DNA of 64,000 nucleotides from Acidimicrobiia bacterium (GCA_040878325.1 JBBDMM010000012.1:124001-188000), one strand, 5' to 3'. Counted from the stretch's first letter, positions 11,892-22,186 are shown. Notes: a model not told the origin generated them from the letters alone. Program-made: numbers and translations.

Positions 11892-13595
11892 TCAGCTGTA
11901 CTTGTTGGTGATCGGCAACCTGCGGTCCCGGCCCAAAGCCTTCGTCGTGATCTTGACACCTGGAGCGGCCTGGCGGCGCTTGTACTCGTTGCGGTCGACC
12001 ATTCGGGTGATCTGCCTCACCAACGAACGATCGAACCCCGAGGCGACGATCTCGTCCGCGGTCTGGTCGCCCTCGATGTAGCGCATGAGGATCGGGTCGA
12101 GCACCTCGTAGGGCGGGAGCGAGTCGGTGTCGACCTGACTCGGTCGGAGCTCGGCCGACGGCGGCTTCTCGAGCACCGCCTCGGGAATGACCAACCCCTC
12201 GCGGTTCCGCCACCGGGCGATCCGATACAAGTGGGTCTTGTAGATGTCCTTCAACACCGCGTATCCGCCCACCATGTCTCCGTATAGGGTGGCGTAGCCG
12301 ACCGACATCTCCGACTTGTTCCCCGTCGCCACGACCATGCCCCCGAACTTGTTCGAGAGCGCCATGAGGATCGCCCCGCGTGCCCGGGCCTGAAGGTTCT
12401 CCTCGGTCACGTCTTCGCCGGTTTCCTGGAAGACCCCCGACAGGGCCTCGAGAAAGCCTTCGAACGGCGGCTCGATCGAGATCTCGTCGAACCGGATGCC
12501 CAGGTTCCCGGCGAGTTCACTGGAGTCGGCCACCGAGCCTTCCGACGAGTAGCGCGATGGCATGGTCACGCCCCACACCGCCTCCGGCCCCAGCGCGTCG
12601 GTAGCGATGACGGCGGTCAGCGAGGAGTCGATCCCGCCGGAGAGGCCGATGACGACGGAATCGAACCCGTTCTTTCGCACATAGCCCCGCAGCCCCGCCA
12701 CCAGTGCCCGATACACCTCGGCATCCTCTTCGAGGGGTGCGTGCGAGGGCGGCGGCCGCTCGGGGTCGCCTTCGAGCAGGTCGCCAGACGATACGGGCAA
12801 CGCGTCCACATCGGCCCGACCCGACTCGGGAAGCGGCACATCCACCCAGAAGAGATCCTCCTCGAACTGGGGCGCCCGGTAGAGGAGGTCGCCCCCGGCG
12901 CCGAACACCATGCTCTGGCCGTCGAAGACCAGTTCATCCTGCCCGCCGACGGAGTTGAGGTAAACCACGGGCACGCCGTAGGCCCGGGCTCGATCGGCGA
13001 TCATCCGCTCGCGCTCGACCCCCTTCCCCTGGTGGTAGGGCGAGCCATTGATGTTGAGCAGGATGTCGGCACCGCCCTTGGCTTGGAGCGAAGGGGGGCC
13101 ATCGGGCACCCAAATATCCTCGCACACCGACACGCCGACGACGGCGCCGTTGATCTCCCACAACGACCCTGGTCGCTGGCCGGCCGAGAAGTAACGGTCT
13201 TCGTCGAACACCCCGTAATTGGGGAGTAGACATTTGTGATAGATGCCGCGCACCCGGCCTCCGCTGACCAGCGCTGCCGCGTTGTGCACCCGCCGATGGC
13301 CGGCATCGTCGCGGTTCGACCCGCCCGTCCGATCGACGAAGCCGATAACCGACGTCGTCGACCCGGAGCGCTCGGCGATGGTGCGAAGTTCGGCGACATT
13401 GGCCGACACGAAGCCGTCCCGGAGTACGAGATCCTCGGGGGGATACCCCGTGAGGGCCAGTTCGGGCAAGAGCAGTACGTCCGCCTGGCAGTCCTCGGCC
13501 CACGCCATTGCCTCGACGATGCGGGAAGCGTTGCCGCCGAGGTCGCCGACCACCAGGTCGATCTGCGCACAGGCAACGCGGAGGAAGTCGGTCAT
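11892..13595 (-). CDS. nadE: Glutamine-dependent NAD+ synthetase
   Basis: Nitrilase domain (PELALTGYPPEDL, LPNYGVFDEDRYF, VCEDIW) plus GLSGGIDS, ATGNKSE, PSAELRP. Confidence 0.97.
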   Translation of the reverse strand: MTDFLRVACAQIDLVVGDLGGNASRIVEAMAWAEDCQADVLLLPELALTGYPPEDLVLRDGFVSANVAELRTIAERSGSTTSVIGFVDRTGGSNRDDAGHRRVHNAAALVSGGRVRGIYHKCLLPNYGVFDEDRYFSAGQRPGSLWEINGAVVGVSVCEDIWVPDGPPSLQAKGGADILLNINGSPYHQGKGVERERMIADRARAYGVPVVYLNSVGGQDELVFDGQSMVFGAGGDLLYRAPQFEEDLFWVDVPLPESGRADVDALPVSSGDLLEGDPERPPPSHAPLEEDAEVYRALVAGLRGYVRKNGFDSVVIGLSGGIDSSLTAVIATDALGPEAVWGVTMPSRYSSEGSVADSSELAGNLGIRFDEISIEPPFEGFLEALSGVFQETGEDVTEENLQARARGAILMALSNKFGGMVVATGNKSEMSVGYATLYGDMVGGYAVLKDIYKTHLYRIARWRNREGLVIPEAVLEKPPSAELRPSQVDTDSLPPYEVLDPILMRYIEGDQTADEIVASGFDRSLVRQITRMVDRNEYKRRQAAPGVKITTKALGRDRRLPITNKYS

Positions 13596-13617
13596 GCGCG
13601 GCGGAGAGTAACCACAG

Positions 13618-13718
13618 AGTCAAGAGCCGAGAGTCAAGAGCCAAGAGTCAAGAGCCAAGAGTCGAGAGTGGGGTCGAGAAACGAGATTCGGCGTCAATCG
13701 GATCGTGAGTCTCGACTC
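13618..13718. repeat. Heptamer array 7x AG(T/C)C(A/G)AG with short degenerate inverse arm before kinase stop
   Basis: agtcaag agccgag agtcaag agccaag agtcaag agccaag agtcgag ... ctcgact. Confidence 0.88.
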
Positions 13719-15086
13719 TCATCCCAACAGGACCCGGATCGTGGTCCCTTCACCAGGTGCGCTCACCACTTCGGTGGTGCCGCCCATCGCCTCGACCAGC
13801 TCGCGAACGATGGACAGACCGAGGCCACTGCCTTCGGGTCGCACCGGTCGATACCGGGTCGCCACGTAGAGGCGCTCGAAGATGTGCGGGACGTCCGATT
13901 GGTCCATCCCGGGCCCCGAGTCCGCCACTTCGATCTTCAGGCCGGAGGGTCGCCGCTCGAGTCGCAGCGTCACGCTTCCCGCCTCGGGGGTGTAGCGCAG
14001 CGCGTTCTCCAGCAGGTTGCCCACCACCTGGGCGATGCGATCGGGGTCGATCTCCACCGCGCCAACATCCGCCAGATCGAACTCGAGGCGAACCCTCGCC
14101 GAGTCGGCACGCTCACGAAAGCCCTCGAGCACGCCCTTGAGATGCCCGGCGAGGTCCACGGGCTCGGGACGAAGGCTGAACTCCCGCGCCTCGATCCGCG
14201 CCAGCAGCATCAGGTCTTCGACCAGTCGGCTGAGCCGAGATGCCTCGATCCGCAGCACCGAGGCGACTCGCGTCATCTCCTCCGGGGTGACCCGCCCTTC
14301 CTGGATCGCCTCGGAATACCCGGTGATCGTCGTCAGCGGGGTGCGGAGATCGTGGCCCACGGAGACCAGGAACTCTCGCTCCCGGCGACGGGAGGCCTCG
14401 AGCTGCCTGGCCATCTCGTTGAACGCCACCGCCACCTGGGCGACCTCGTCATCACCGTCCACTTCGACCCTGGCACCGAGATCCCCGCCGGCGATGTCGC
14501 CCGAGGCGTCCCGCAACGCCTCGAGGCGCCGCCCGGCGACTCGAGCGAACGAGCCCGCGAGCACCGCAGCCAGCAGTACCGCCAGCACCATTGCCCAGCC
14601 GAGCCGAAACAGCACCTCGCGCCACGGCACCAACTCGAGGGTGGTGCCGATCACGACCACCACCGTGCCCCGGTTCCCCGTGGCGAAGGGCTGGGCCACC
14701 ACGGCCACCTTCGTCCCGTCCACCGTCGCGTCGAAATGAAGGGGGGCGCTGAGATTCCCAAGATCGGGAACGAGGTCGAGGAGGGCGGTGCCATCGCCGA
14801 GGATGGTGACCGTCCCCCGCGGCCCTACGAGCGCCGCCTCGACGTAGTCGTGCCCTCCGATCGACGCGACCACTGCCAGCACCCCGGCGAGGCTCCGGGC
14901 CCCAAGACCAGGAGTCCGAGCCAGTTCGGCCTCGATGATGCGAGCGGTGGCGTTGGCCTGGCGCGCGAACTCGGACCTCACCGACGACTCGACCGACCGA
15001 TTGATCAAGATGGCGCCGGTCAGCCCCCCGATGGTCAGAGTCACCAGGGCCACCCCCACCATCCCCCAGAAGAACCGGCGCTTCAT
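13719..15086 (-). CDS. HAMP-domain sensor histidine kinase
   Basis: Two TM segments, HAMP, H-box GHDLRTPLTTI, N-box NLLENALRYT, DSGPG, GSGLGL. Confidence 0.95.
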   Translation of the reverse strand: MKRRFFWGMVGVALVTLTIGGLTGAILINRSVESSVRSEFARQANATARIIEAELARTPGLGARSLAGVLAVVASIGGHDYVEAALVGPRGTVTILGDGTALLDLVPDLGNLSAPLHFDATVDGTKVAVVAQPFATGNRGTVVVVIGTTLELVPWREVLFRLGWAMVLAVLLAAVLAGSFARVAGRRLEALRDASGDIAGGDLGARVEVDGDDEVAQVAVAFNEMARQLEASRRREREFLVSVGHDLRTPLTTITGYSEAIQEGRVTPEEMTRVASVLRIEASRLSRLVEDLMLLARIEAREFSLRPEPVDLAGHLKGVLEGFRERADSARVRLEFDLADVGAVEIDPDRIAQVVGNLLENALRYTPEAGSVTLRLERRPSGLKIEVADSGPGMDQSDVPHIFERLYVATRYRPVRPEGSGLGLSIVRELVEAMGGTTEVVSAPGEGTTIRVLLG

Positions 15087-15087
15087 C

Positions 15088-15182
15088 CCAGTTCCCAGTC
15101 TCCAGTCCCGAGTCCCCCGGCAGTACGGACCGACGGAAAGCCAAGGGTTCTGCTGGAGACCGGGGACTGGTGACTGGCGACT
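15088..15182. repeat. Inverted pair of heptamer arrays (CCAGTCY-like x4, spacer, CTGGNGA-like x4) inside a two-component gene pair
   Basis: ccagttc ccagtct ccagtcc cgagtcc ... ctggaga ccgggga ctggtga ctggcga. Confidence 0.85.
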
Positions 15183-15183
15183 C

Positions 15184-15864
15184 TCACGTGTCCCCCATCC
15201 GGTAGCCGACCCCCCATGCCGTCTCGATCGGGAGACCCTCGAGCTTCTTGCGGAGCTGGCGGACATGCACGTCGACCGTTCGGGTCTCGCCGACGTAGTC
15301 GTAACCCCATACTGCCTCGAGGATTTGGGCGCGTGACAGCACCAGCCCTCGATTCTCTGCGAGGTACCAGAGCAGGTCGAACTCGCGCGCCGTTGGACGG
15401 ACGGCTCCCCCGCCGGGCAGGCGGATTTCGCGCCGTCCCGAGTCGATCTCGAACCCGGCCACCTCGAGGATCGCCGGTGCTCGCGGAGGCTCCTCCGAGC
15501 GGCGGAGCACCGCCCGGACGCGGGCAACGAGCTCCCGGGGCGAAAAGGGTTTGGTGAGATAATCGTCGGCACCGATCTCCAACCCGACGATCTTGTCCAC
15601 CTCCCCATCTCGGGCCGTCAGCATGATCACCGGGACGTCCGACCAGGTCCGGATCCGACGGCACACCTCGATGCCGTCGATCCCGGGGAGTCCGATGTCG
15701 AGTAGCACCACCCGGGGATCACGATCGCGGACCGCGTCGAGCCCACGCTCACCATCCGGCGCGTGGACCAGCTTGAACCCCTCCTGTTCGAAATACATCC
15801 GGACGAGGTCGGCGATTGGCTCCTCGTCTTCGATGAGCACCACCGTGCCCCGATTTGTCGTCAT
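15184..15864 (-). CDS. OmpR/PhoB-family response regulator
   Basis: LIEDE, VVLLDIGLPG, MLTAR, GADDYLTKPF, winged helix RTVDVHVRQLRKKL. Confidence 0.96.
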   Translation of the reverse strand: MTTNRGTVVLIEDEEPIADLVRMYFEQEGFKLVHAPDGERGLDAVRDRDPRVVLLDIGLPGIDGIEVCRRIRTWSDVPVIMLTARDGEVDKIVGLEIGADDYLTKPFSPRELVARVRAVLRRSEEPPRAPAILEVAGFEIDSGRREIRLPGGGAVRPTAREFDLLWYLAENRGLVLSRAQILEAVWGYDYVGETRTVDVHVRQLRKKLEGLPIETAWGVGYRMGDT

Positions 15865-15909
15865 CGCGCCAACTCCATGGGAGGATCTTCGGGAACGATT
15901 GTTAGAGAT

Positions 15910-16860
15910 CTATGAAACATCGAAGTCGTCCAGTGGGAGTGCCCGCACCTCTGCCGAGGCGGCACCACCAGGCCATCGAATCTCTACCTCGGTTCCAGGT
16001 TCGACCTCCCGCCGGATCGTGCCGAGGGCGATGGGGGCCCGCAGGGTCAGTGACTCACCGACGGATGAGAGCGCCCCGACCACCTCGCCGCCGTGGACGA
16101 CGTCTGCTCCCACCGGCGGCACGACCGTCTCGCGCAGCACGATGCCGCGGAGGAGGCGATTCACATGGCCCCGCGAATCGATCCGGGCAACTAGTTCCTG
16201 GCCGACATAACAACCCTTGGTGAACGAGACTGCGGCTGGAACCAGTCCCGTCTCTTGGGGAATGGTCGCTTCGGTCGCATCCTGGCCCATCACCGGCTCG
16301 CCGGCCTCGATCCGAACGGTGGTCGCCGCGATCGAGCCGATGGGGCGGGCGCCCGCCAGGTCGGCACCGCCCACGACGAGAAACCGAGGAACTCCTACCG
16401 GAATCGAGGCGACGACCGAGCCGTCGGCTGCCACCGCCCATCCCTCCGGGACCGGCAAACCTGCGTGCACCAACACCGCCGGGGCCTCTGGCCCCCACAG
16501 AGCCGCGATCGGCCGATCGTCGAGCGAGATGGTCGCGTCGACTCGAAAGCGAAACCGTTCGAGGAGTGTCGCCGCCGTCGGGCCCACGCCGCGGTCTGTC
16601 ACCAGGCCGACCCGGTCCGCACCCCTCAGCACCCAAAGGATCGCCCGCAATTTCCCGCGGGGTTCGAGCAGGAACGATCGCGCCACTTCGCCGGGCTTCA
16701 TCACGCCGAGATCCTGACTCAGTTGGCCGTCGAGGAACCGGACTGCGTCGGGTCCGTCGACCCAGATCAGATCGTGTGATCCCTGGACCACCGCCGCCCC
16801 CCGGCGCGCCGCAAAGTACTCGCCGGTGGTGTCGCCATAAGAGAGAGGTGTCGTGGTCAT
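15910..16860 (-). CDS. ygfZ: YgfZ/GcvT-family folate-binding protein
   Basis: KGCYVGQELVARI signature, GPDAVRFLDGQLS. Confidence 0.88.
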   Translation of the reverse strand: MTTTPLSYGDTTGEYFAARRGAAVVQGSHDLIWVDGPDAVRFLDGQLSQDLGVMKPGEVARSFLLEPRGKLRAILWVLRGADRVGLVTDRGVGPTAATLLERFRFRVDATISLDDRPIAALWGPEAPAVLVHAGLPVPEGWAVAADGSVVASIPVGVPRFLVVGGADLAGARPIGSIAATTVRIEAGEPVMGQDATEATIPQETGLVPAAVSFTKGCYVGQELVARIDSRGHVNRLLRGIVLRETVVPPVGADVVHGGEVVGALSSVGESLTLRAPIALGTIRREVEPGTEVEIRWPGGAASAEVRALPLDDFDVS

Positions 16861-16942
16861 CGGGGACGCGGGGGGCACTGTGCCGCGGGTGGCAGGCATC
16901 GGTTGACCGGGAGCGGGTGACAGTTCCCCGGAGCCACGGGCT

Positions 16943-17689
16943 TCATACGTTCCACAACCACTCTGGGAGAATCCGCTGGAACCAGATGTTGAGGTCGATC
17001 AGCCGGCCAGAGATCATCAGCAGGCCGAACACGGCAAGGAGCAGGCCCGAAGCCACGGTGATCGGTGTGAAGTGGCGCTTGAACCAGCCGAACGCCCCAT
17101 ACGCCTTGTTGATGCCAAGCCCGGCGAGCACAAAGGGGACACCGAGCCCCATGGAGTAGACAAAGAGCAGGAACATGCCCTCCCCCACGGTGTCCTCGGT
17201 GGCGGCCACGGTGAGGATCGCCCCCAAGGTCGGTCCGATGCATGGGGTCCATCCAAAGCCGAACGCCGCCCCCATCACCGGCGCGGCCCACGGGCCGAGG
17301 CGGGAGGGCCTGACGTCGACCCGGCGCTCGCGCATGAACGGGGCGAGCAGCCGGGGATTGATGAGCGCGGACAGGGCGATGAACAAACCCATCCCCAGAA
17401 CGATCCACCCGGCGATGGCGAGGATCGTGCTCTCGTTGCGAACCAGCAGCCCGCGCAGCGACGTGGCCGTCGCCCCGAGGGCGACAAATACGGCGGTGAA
17501 CCCGGCGACGAACAACAGCGTCACCCGCAGCATCCGCCGGGTCGACACCTTCCCGTCCGCCATGTCGGCCGCCGAGTACCCGGACATCATCGACAAGTAG
17601 CCCGGGAGCAACGGGAGGACGCACGGCGACAAGAACGAGAGCGCTCCGAAGAGAAAGGCCGCGATCACATTGACGTTGCCGATGTCCAC
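16943..17689 (-). CDS. ccdA: Cytochrome c biogenesis protein CcdA (DsbD transmembrane domain)
   Basis: SFLSPCVLPLLPGY and GWTPCIGP motifs, 6 TM. Confidence 0.93.
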   Translation of the reverse strand: MDIGNVNVIAAFLFGALSFLSPCVLPLLPGYLSMMSGYSAADMADGKVSTRRMLRVTLLFVAGFTAVFVALGATATSLRGLLVRNESTILAIAGWIVLGMGLFIALSALINPRLLAPFMRERRVDVRPSRLGPWAAPVMGAAFGFGWTPCIGPTLGAILTVAATEDTVGEGMFLLFVYSMGLGVPFVLAGLGINKAYGAFGWFKRHFTPITVASGLLLAVFGLLMISGRLIDLNIWFQRILPEWLWNV

Positions 17690-17755
17690 GATGTCTCCGC
17701 GCTCTGCTCGCCAACGCTAACGGACGCCCCCCTTGTTCCCTGTAACCTCCCGGCG

Positions 17756-18082
17756 GTGCCCACCATCAGTGACTGGCACGAACTCAGAGTCCGCGCGGGG
17801 ACGATCAAGCGTGCCGAGACGAACGACGGAGCATGGATGCCGTCGTATCGTCTCTGGATCGACTTCGGCGACCTGGGAGAACTGCAGTCGTCGGCGAAGA
17901 TCACCGACCTCTACAGGGTCGACGCGCTGCCCGGAATGCAAGTGATCGCGGTGACCGGTTTCGAACCGATCAGGGTCGCCGGCTTCCGCTCGGACGTGCT
18001 GGTGCTTGGCGTTCTCACCGACGATGGGGTCGTGCTGCTCCGCCCCGATCGGCCCGTGGCGCCAGGCAGCGAGATCGCCTGA
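17756..18082 (+). CDS. csaA: CsaA-like tRNA-binding/OB-fold chaperone
   Basis: LRVRAGTI, LWIDFGDLG, QSSAKITDLY, AGFRSDVLVLG, LLRPD; TAACCT -10 element 7 nt upstream of GTG. Confidence 0.87.
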   Translation: MPTISDWHELRVRAGTIKRAETNDGAWMPSYRLWIDFGDLGELQSSAKITDLYRVDALPGMQVIAVTGFEPIRVAGFRSDVLVLGVLTDDGVVLLRPDRPVAPGSEIA

Positions 18083-18084
18083 CG

Positions 18085-19341
18085 GTGGGGCTGCTCCGGG
18101 CGCTCCGACCCGCCGTTCGGATCGAGCATCGCGAAGCCGTCATTCTCACCCTGTTCTCGGTGGTGGCCCTCACTCAGGGCTGGGCGGGGACCGTGGTCAC
18201 CCATGCCCTGTCGTTCGTTCAGACCGACCTGGCCCTATCCGACGCGGAAGTCTTCGACCTGATGGCCACCATCCGCGCCGCGTCGCTGCTTGCCCTGGGG
18301 CTGTCGTGGTGGAGCGATCATCGCGGTCGTCGCCTTCCGTTGCTGGTGGCGTTCGCCATCCTCACCTCGGCGAATCTGGTGACGGCGCTGCTACCGGGTA
18401 CCGGCTCTTTCACCATCAGCCAGGCCATTGCCCGCATCGGCACAGTTGCCGTCGGCTCGCTGGCCCTGGTCGTCCTCGCCGAGGAGATCGGACCCCGGAT
18501 TCGGGGATACGCCATCGGCCTGTATGCGCTGTTCACCTCGCTTGGGACTGGGGTGGGCCTGTTGCTCCGCCCACTCGGTGCCGGCGGCGACGAGTGGCGC
18601 CTCCTCTTCGGGCTGAGCGCAGTGCCACTGGCGGCACTCCCCTTTCTGGCACGCCGGGTCCGAGAGTCGCGCGCATTCCAGATCCCGGCCGCTCGTCCCC
18701 CGCTGGCGGCCGTGTTTCGTCGCGGCCATGCCGCCCGCTTCTGGCCGATGGCGCTGCTGTCGTTCGCCATCTCCGCATTCACCGCCCCGACCGCGAACCT
18801 CTTGCTGGTTCGCCTCGAGAACGTCCTGGGCTGGTCGCCCGGCTCGGCCTCATTGCTGCTCGCCGCCACGAGCGCGCCCGGGGTGGCGATCGGCCTCCTC
18901 GCCGGCGGAAGGATCGCCGATGTCGCCGGCAGACGGCCAACCGAGGCGGTGGCGATTCTCATCGGCGTCACCGGAGGCGTCGGCGTCTACTTCGCCGAGA
19001 CAGGTCCGCTGCTTGCCGTTGGCATCTTTCTGTCGACCCTGGGTGGATCGGCCTTCGGACCGGCATTCGCGTCGCAGCGGTCAGAGCTCTTCCCGACCGA
19101 CCTTCGAGCGACCGCGGGGGCCTGGATCGTCAACGCCAGTGTCCTCGGCGGCATCACCGGATTCGCCGCGGGTCGGTTCGCCGTCGACGCTTGGGGCGTC
19201 CCGCAGACGATCGCCATCCTCGGGGGCTTTCTGCTGCTGTCGAGCGGCGTGATCGCACTGCTCCCGGAGACGAAGGGAATCAGCCTCGTGCCGGACTCGC
19301 CAACGGGCCCTGCCGAGCCGCCCGTCTCCATGCCAGGGTGA
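18085..19341 (+). CDS. MFS transporter
   Basis: About 12 hydrophobic segments; SDHRGRR and ADVAGRR motif A; SELFPTDLRATA; LLPETKG. Confidence 0.9.
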   Translation: MGLLRALRPAVRIEHREAVILTLFSVVALTQGWAGTVVTHALSFVQTDLALSDAEVFDLMATIRAASLLALGLSWWSDHRGRRLPLLVAFAILTSANLVTALLPGTGSFTISQAIARIGTVAVGSLALVVLAEEIGPRIRGYAIGLYALFTSLGTGVGLLLRPLGAGGDEWRLLFGLSAVPLAALPFLARRVRESRAFQIPAARPPLAAVFRRGHAARFWPMALLSFAISAFTAPTANLLLVRLENVLGWSPGSASLLLAATSAPGVAIGLLAGGRIADVAGRRPTEAVAILIGVTGGVGVYFAETGPLLAVGIFLSTLGGSAFGPAFASQRSELFPTDLRATAGAWIVNASVLGGITGFAAGRFAVDAWGVPQTIAILGGFLLLSSGVIALLPETKGISLVPDSPTGPAEPPVSMPG

Positions 19342-20602
19342 GGCCCCGTATCACCAGGAGAGCGCCAAGCGACCACCACACGCCATCGAGTCCCCAATCG
19401 AGTGGCAGCACCAGTCCGAGCAACCCGACCGCGATGGCCGACGACACCACCATGGCGACCGCGAGGAATCCGAAGTCACCGGCGCCGATGAACACGCCGT
19501 CCCAGACGAACACGACTGCCGCGACCGGTTGCATCAGCACGAGAATGGTGAAGGCGCTTTCGATCGCCTCGCGGGTCTCCGGGTCCGAGGTGAACCATCC
19601 GGCAATGAACGGGGCGAGCGCCCATAGGACCACGGTGGCCACTACCCCCACCGCCACCCCGATCACCAGCAGGCGGTCTGCGACCTGTCGGGCCGCCACC
19701 CGGTCACCCGACCCGAGCACCCGCGCCACCAACGCCTGGGCAGCGATGGCCAACGCGTCGAGCCCGAGCGCCAGGAAGAGGAACAGCTGGAACACCACTT
19801 GATGGGCCGCTACGGCAACGTCCGACACTCGGGTGGCGATCGCCGTTGCGATCGTGAAAGTGGCCAGCAGCGCCCCGGTACGGATCGCCAGATCCCGTCC
19901 CACCCGTAGGAAACGGCGAACCTCCCCCGCGACCGGTCGTGCCCCGACGAGGCCGAAACGTGCCCGCCCCCGCGCGAACAGGCCGACGAACCAGATAGCC
20001 CCGATCCACTGAGCGGTCACGGTTGCCCACGCCGCCCCGGCCACCCCCCAGTCGAACCCGAAGATGAGTATCGGGTCGAGAACGAGGTTGACCGCGTTGA
20101 CCCCAAGCGCGACGACAAACGGCATGCGGGTGTCCTGGTAACCGCGGTACGCGCCGTGGGCGGCCCGGCTGAGCAACACCGCCGGCGCTGCCAGGGCACG
20201 GATACCGATATATACCATCGCACCCGACTTCACCCCGCCGGTGGCACCAAGCATCTCGACGATCGGAGTCCGCAGCAGCACCAGCGTGATGGCGACCGCC
20301 GAACCACACACGACGCCGAGCACCCCGGCAGTGATGGTGGCTCGCCCGGCCGCCGCCAGATCTCCCCTTCCTACCGCCCGGGCCACTTCCGTCGTCGTCC
20401 CGTACTCGAGGAAGTTGAAGAGAAAGAACGCAAGGCCGAATACGGCAGACGCCACCCCCAGCGCACCGAGGGCATCGGTGCCCACCCGGCCGATGAAGGC
20501 CGTGTCCACGAGGCTGAGAACCGGCTCGGCAATGAGGGATCCCAACGCCGGCACCGCCAGCGCGGCGATTGCCCGGTCATGGGGCGACCGCCACCGGGTC
20601 AC
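19280..20602 (-). CDS. MATE family efflux transporter (DinF-like)
   Basis: LAVPALGSLIAEPVLSLVDTAFIG, GYQDTRMP, NLVLDPILIF; GTG overlaps nth stop. Confidence 0.92.
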   Translation of the reverse strand: MTRWRSPHDRAIAALAVPALGSLIAEPVLSLVDTAFIGRVGTDALGALGVASAVFGLAFFLFNFLEYGTTTEVARAVGRGDLAAAGRATITAGVLGVVCGSAVAITLVLLRTPIVEMLGATGGVKSGAMVYIGIRALAAPAVLLSRAAHGAYRGYQDTRMPFVVALGVNAVNLVLDPILIFGFDWGVAGAAWATVTAQWIGAIWFVGLFARGRARFGLVGARPVAGEVRRFLRVGRDLAIRTGALLATFTIATAIATRVSDVAVAAHQVVFQLFLFLALGLDALAIAAQALVARVLGSGDRVAARQVADRLLVIGVAVGVVATVVLWALAPFIAGWFTSDPETREAIESAFTILVLMQPVAAVVFVWDGVFIGAGDFGFLAVAMVVSSAIAVGLLGLVLPLDWGLDGVWWSLGALLVIRGLTLAWRRAARQGPLASPARG

Positions 20603-21273
20603 GGGGGAGGCGTCTTGTCCGGATAGGGGCACAGGTCCCGCAACGGACACTCCCAACAGCGGGGCTTGCGCGCCGAGCAGACATCCCGACCGAACTGGAT
20701 CACCCGCATCGAGATGCCCGCCCACCGGGCGCGTGGATAGAGGCCCCGGAGATCTCCCTCGACCTTCACCGGATCGGTTGCCGCGGTCAACCCCAAGCGG
20801 CGCGCCACCCGCTTCACGTGAGTGTCGACGGCGATGGCGGGTTTGCTCCATGCCTCGGCGAGCACCACGCTCGCCGTCTTTCGGCCGACACCTTTGAGTG
20901 TGACCAGGCGGCCGAGGTCGTCGGGCACTTCCCCATCGAACCGATCGATGAGATCCGCGCTCAGTGCGATGATCGCCCTGGTCTTTTGGCGATAGAAGCC
21001 GGCCGAGTAAACCACCTGCTCGACTTCATCAGGGTCGGCGTTGGCCAGGTCGACCGCCGTCGGCCAACGGGCGAACACCGAGGGGGTCACCCGATTGACG
21101 TTCTCGTCGGTCGTCTGGGCACTCAGCACAGTGGCGACGAGCAACTGCCACGGGTTGTCGTACTCGAGCGCCGTGCCGATATCGGGATAGCGACGCTGGA
21201 GTCGATTCAAGATCGTGCGTGCCCGGCGTCGCTCCGCGGCCTCGGCGACGGAGGAGGGAGAAGCGGGTGCCAT
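20599..21273 (-). CDS. nth: Endonuclease III
   Basis: LLVATVLSAQTTD, LKGVGRKTA HhH, AVDTHVKR, C-x6-C-x2-C-x5-C Fe-S motif. Confidence 0.97.
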   Translation of the reverse strand: MAPASPSSVAEAAERRRARTILNRLQRRYPDIGTALEYDNPWQLLVATVLSAQTTDENVNRVTPSVFARWPTAVDLANADPDEVEQVVYSAGFYRQKTRAIIALSADLIDRFDGEVPDDLGRLVTLKGVGRKTASVVLAEAWSKPAIAVDTHVKRVARRLGLTAATDPVKVEGDLRGLYPRARWAGISMRVIQFGRDVCSARKPRCWECPLRDLCPYPDKTPPP

Positions 21274-21358
21274 CGGCGGCGATGGTACCGACGCCGCCCT
21301 CTCTCCCTCGGGGACCGTGCGGGTGCCCGAAACCCTCTAACCTCGGCGACCAGTTCCC

Positions 21359-22144
21359 TTGCCGTCCCCGGAGCCCAATTTGCAGCCGCAGCATCGCCCA
21401 CCCTCCACGACCCTGGCGTTTCACGCCTCGCGAATCGTGATCGACGTCGGAGTGCTCCTTGCGATGGCCTCGCTGAGTTTCGAGTTCGTCACTTCTCCGA
21501 GCGGGAACCGAACCGCGCTGCAGGCTGATGCACTGCCCGCGGTCGCCCTTCTTCTCCCCATCTTCCTCATCACCCTGCTCCCCGACCACACCCGGCCGCT
21601 CCCCCGCCCGCTGTCGTGGGCCTCGCTCGTCCTCGGCCTGGCGGCCTTCCCCTACGCAATCGTCAAGCATCTCGATGCCTCCGTTCTCGCTGACACCCTG
21701 GGAGGCTCGGTCGGCATCGGTGCCCGCCTCTTGGTGTTCGGAACTTTCGTCACCCTGGTTGGTATCGGCATCGGACTCACCCGCACCTTTCTCGGCCTGC
21801 CAACCGGGGCGCATCCGTCCCGGCCGCGCACGCCGCAGGCGGCCAGGTCCCGGCCGGCCCCCGCGGAGGACGTGGCCGCGGCGCGGCCTGCACAGACCGA
21901 GCGGCGCCCTGAACCGGCGCGGCCAGCCCCGGCGGATCCAAAGCCCACCACACCGAGCCCCAGCCGGACACCGCAGAGGGGCGATCCCGAAACCAGCCCG
22001 TTCGGGGAACCGCTGTTCGACTCTCTCGAGATCCCCGCATTTCTCGAATCCGTCGACACGGACGGCGACGCGACGCTGACTTTCGATGCTGAACCCGCCA
22101 GCGACCGGTCCGCCGACGACGGCGACCGGCGACGCGAGGACTGA
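21359..22144 (+). CDS. Hypothetical 4-TM membrane protein with Pro/Arg-rich then acidic tail
   Basis: Four hydrophobic stretches then low-complexity tail; start uncertain. Confidence 0.7.
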   Translation: MPSPEPNLQPQHRPPSTTLAFHASRIVIDVGVLLAMASLSFEFVTSPSGNRTALQADALPAVALLLPIFLITLLPDHTRPLPRPLSWASLVLGLAAFPYAIVKHLDASVLADTLGGSVGIGARLLVFGTFVTLVGIGIGLTRTFLGLPTGAHPSRPRTPQAARSRPAPAEDVAAARPAQTERRPEPARPAPADPKPTTPSPSRTPQRGDPETSPFGEPLFDSLEIPAFLESVDTDGDATLTFDAEPASDRSADDGDRRRED

Positions 22145-22186
22145 CCGGTTGATTCCCCAGACGAAGCCGATCCGGGCCGGCTGAAC

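Noticed and set aside
15087..15608. N-terminal extension of the kinase ORF (629 aa in track) or a frameshifted regulator-kinase fusion
   Set aside because: The extension overlaps the intact regulator in another frame and crosses the repeat; the kinase starts sensibly at MKRRFFW.
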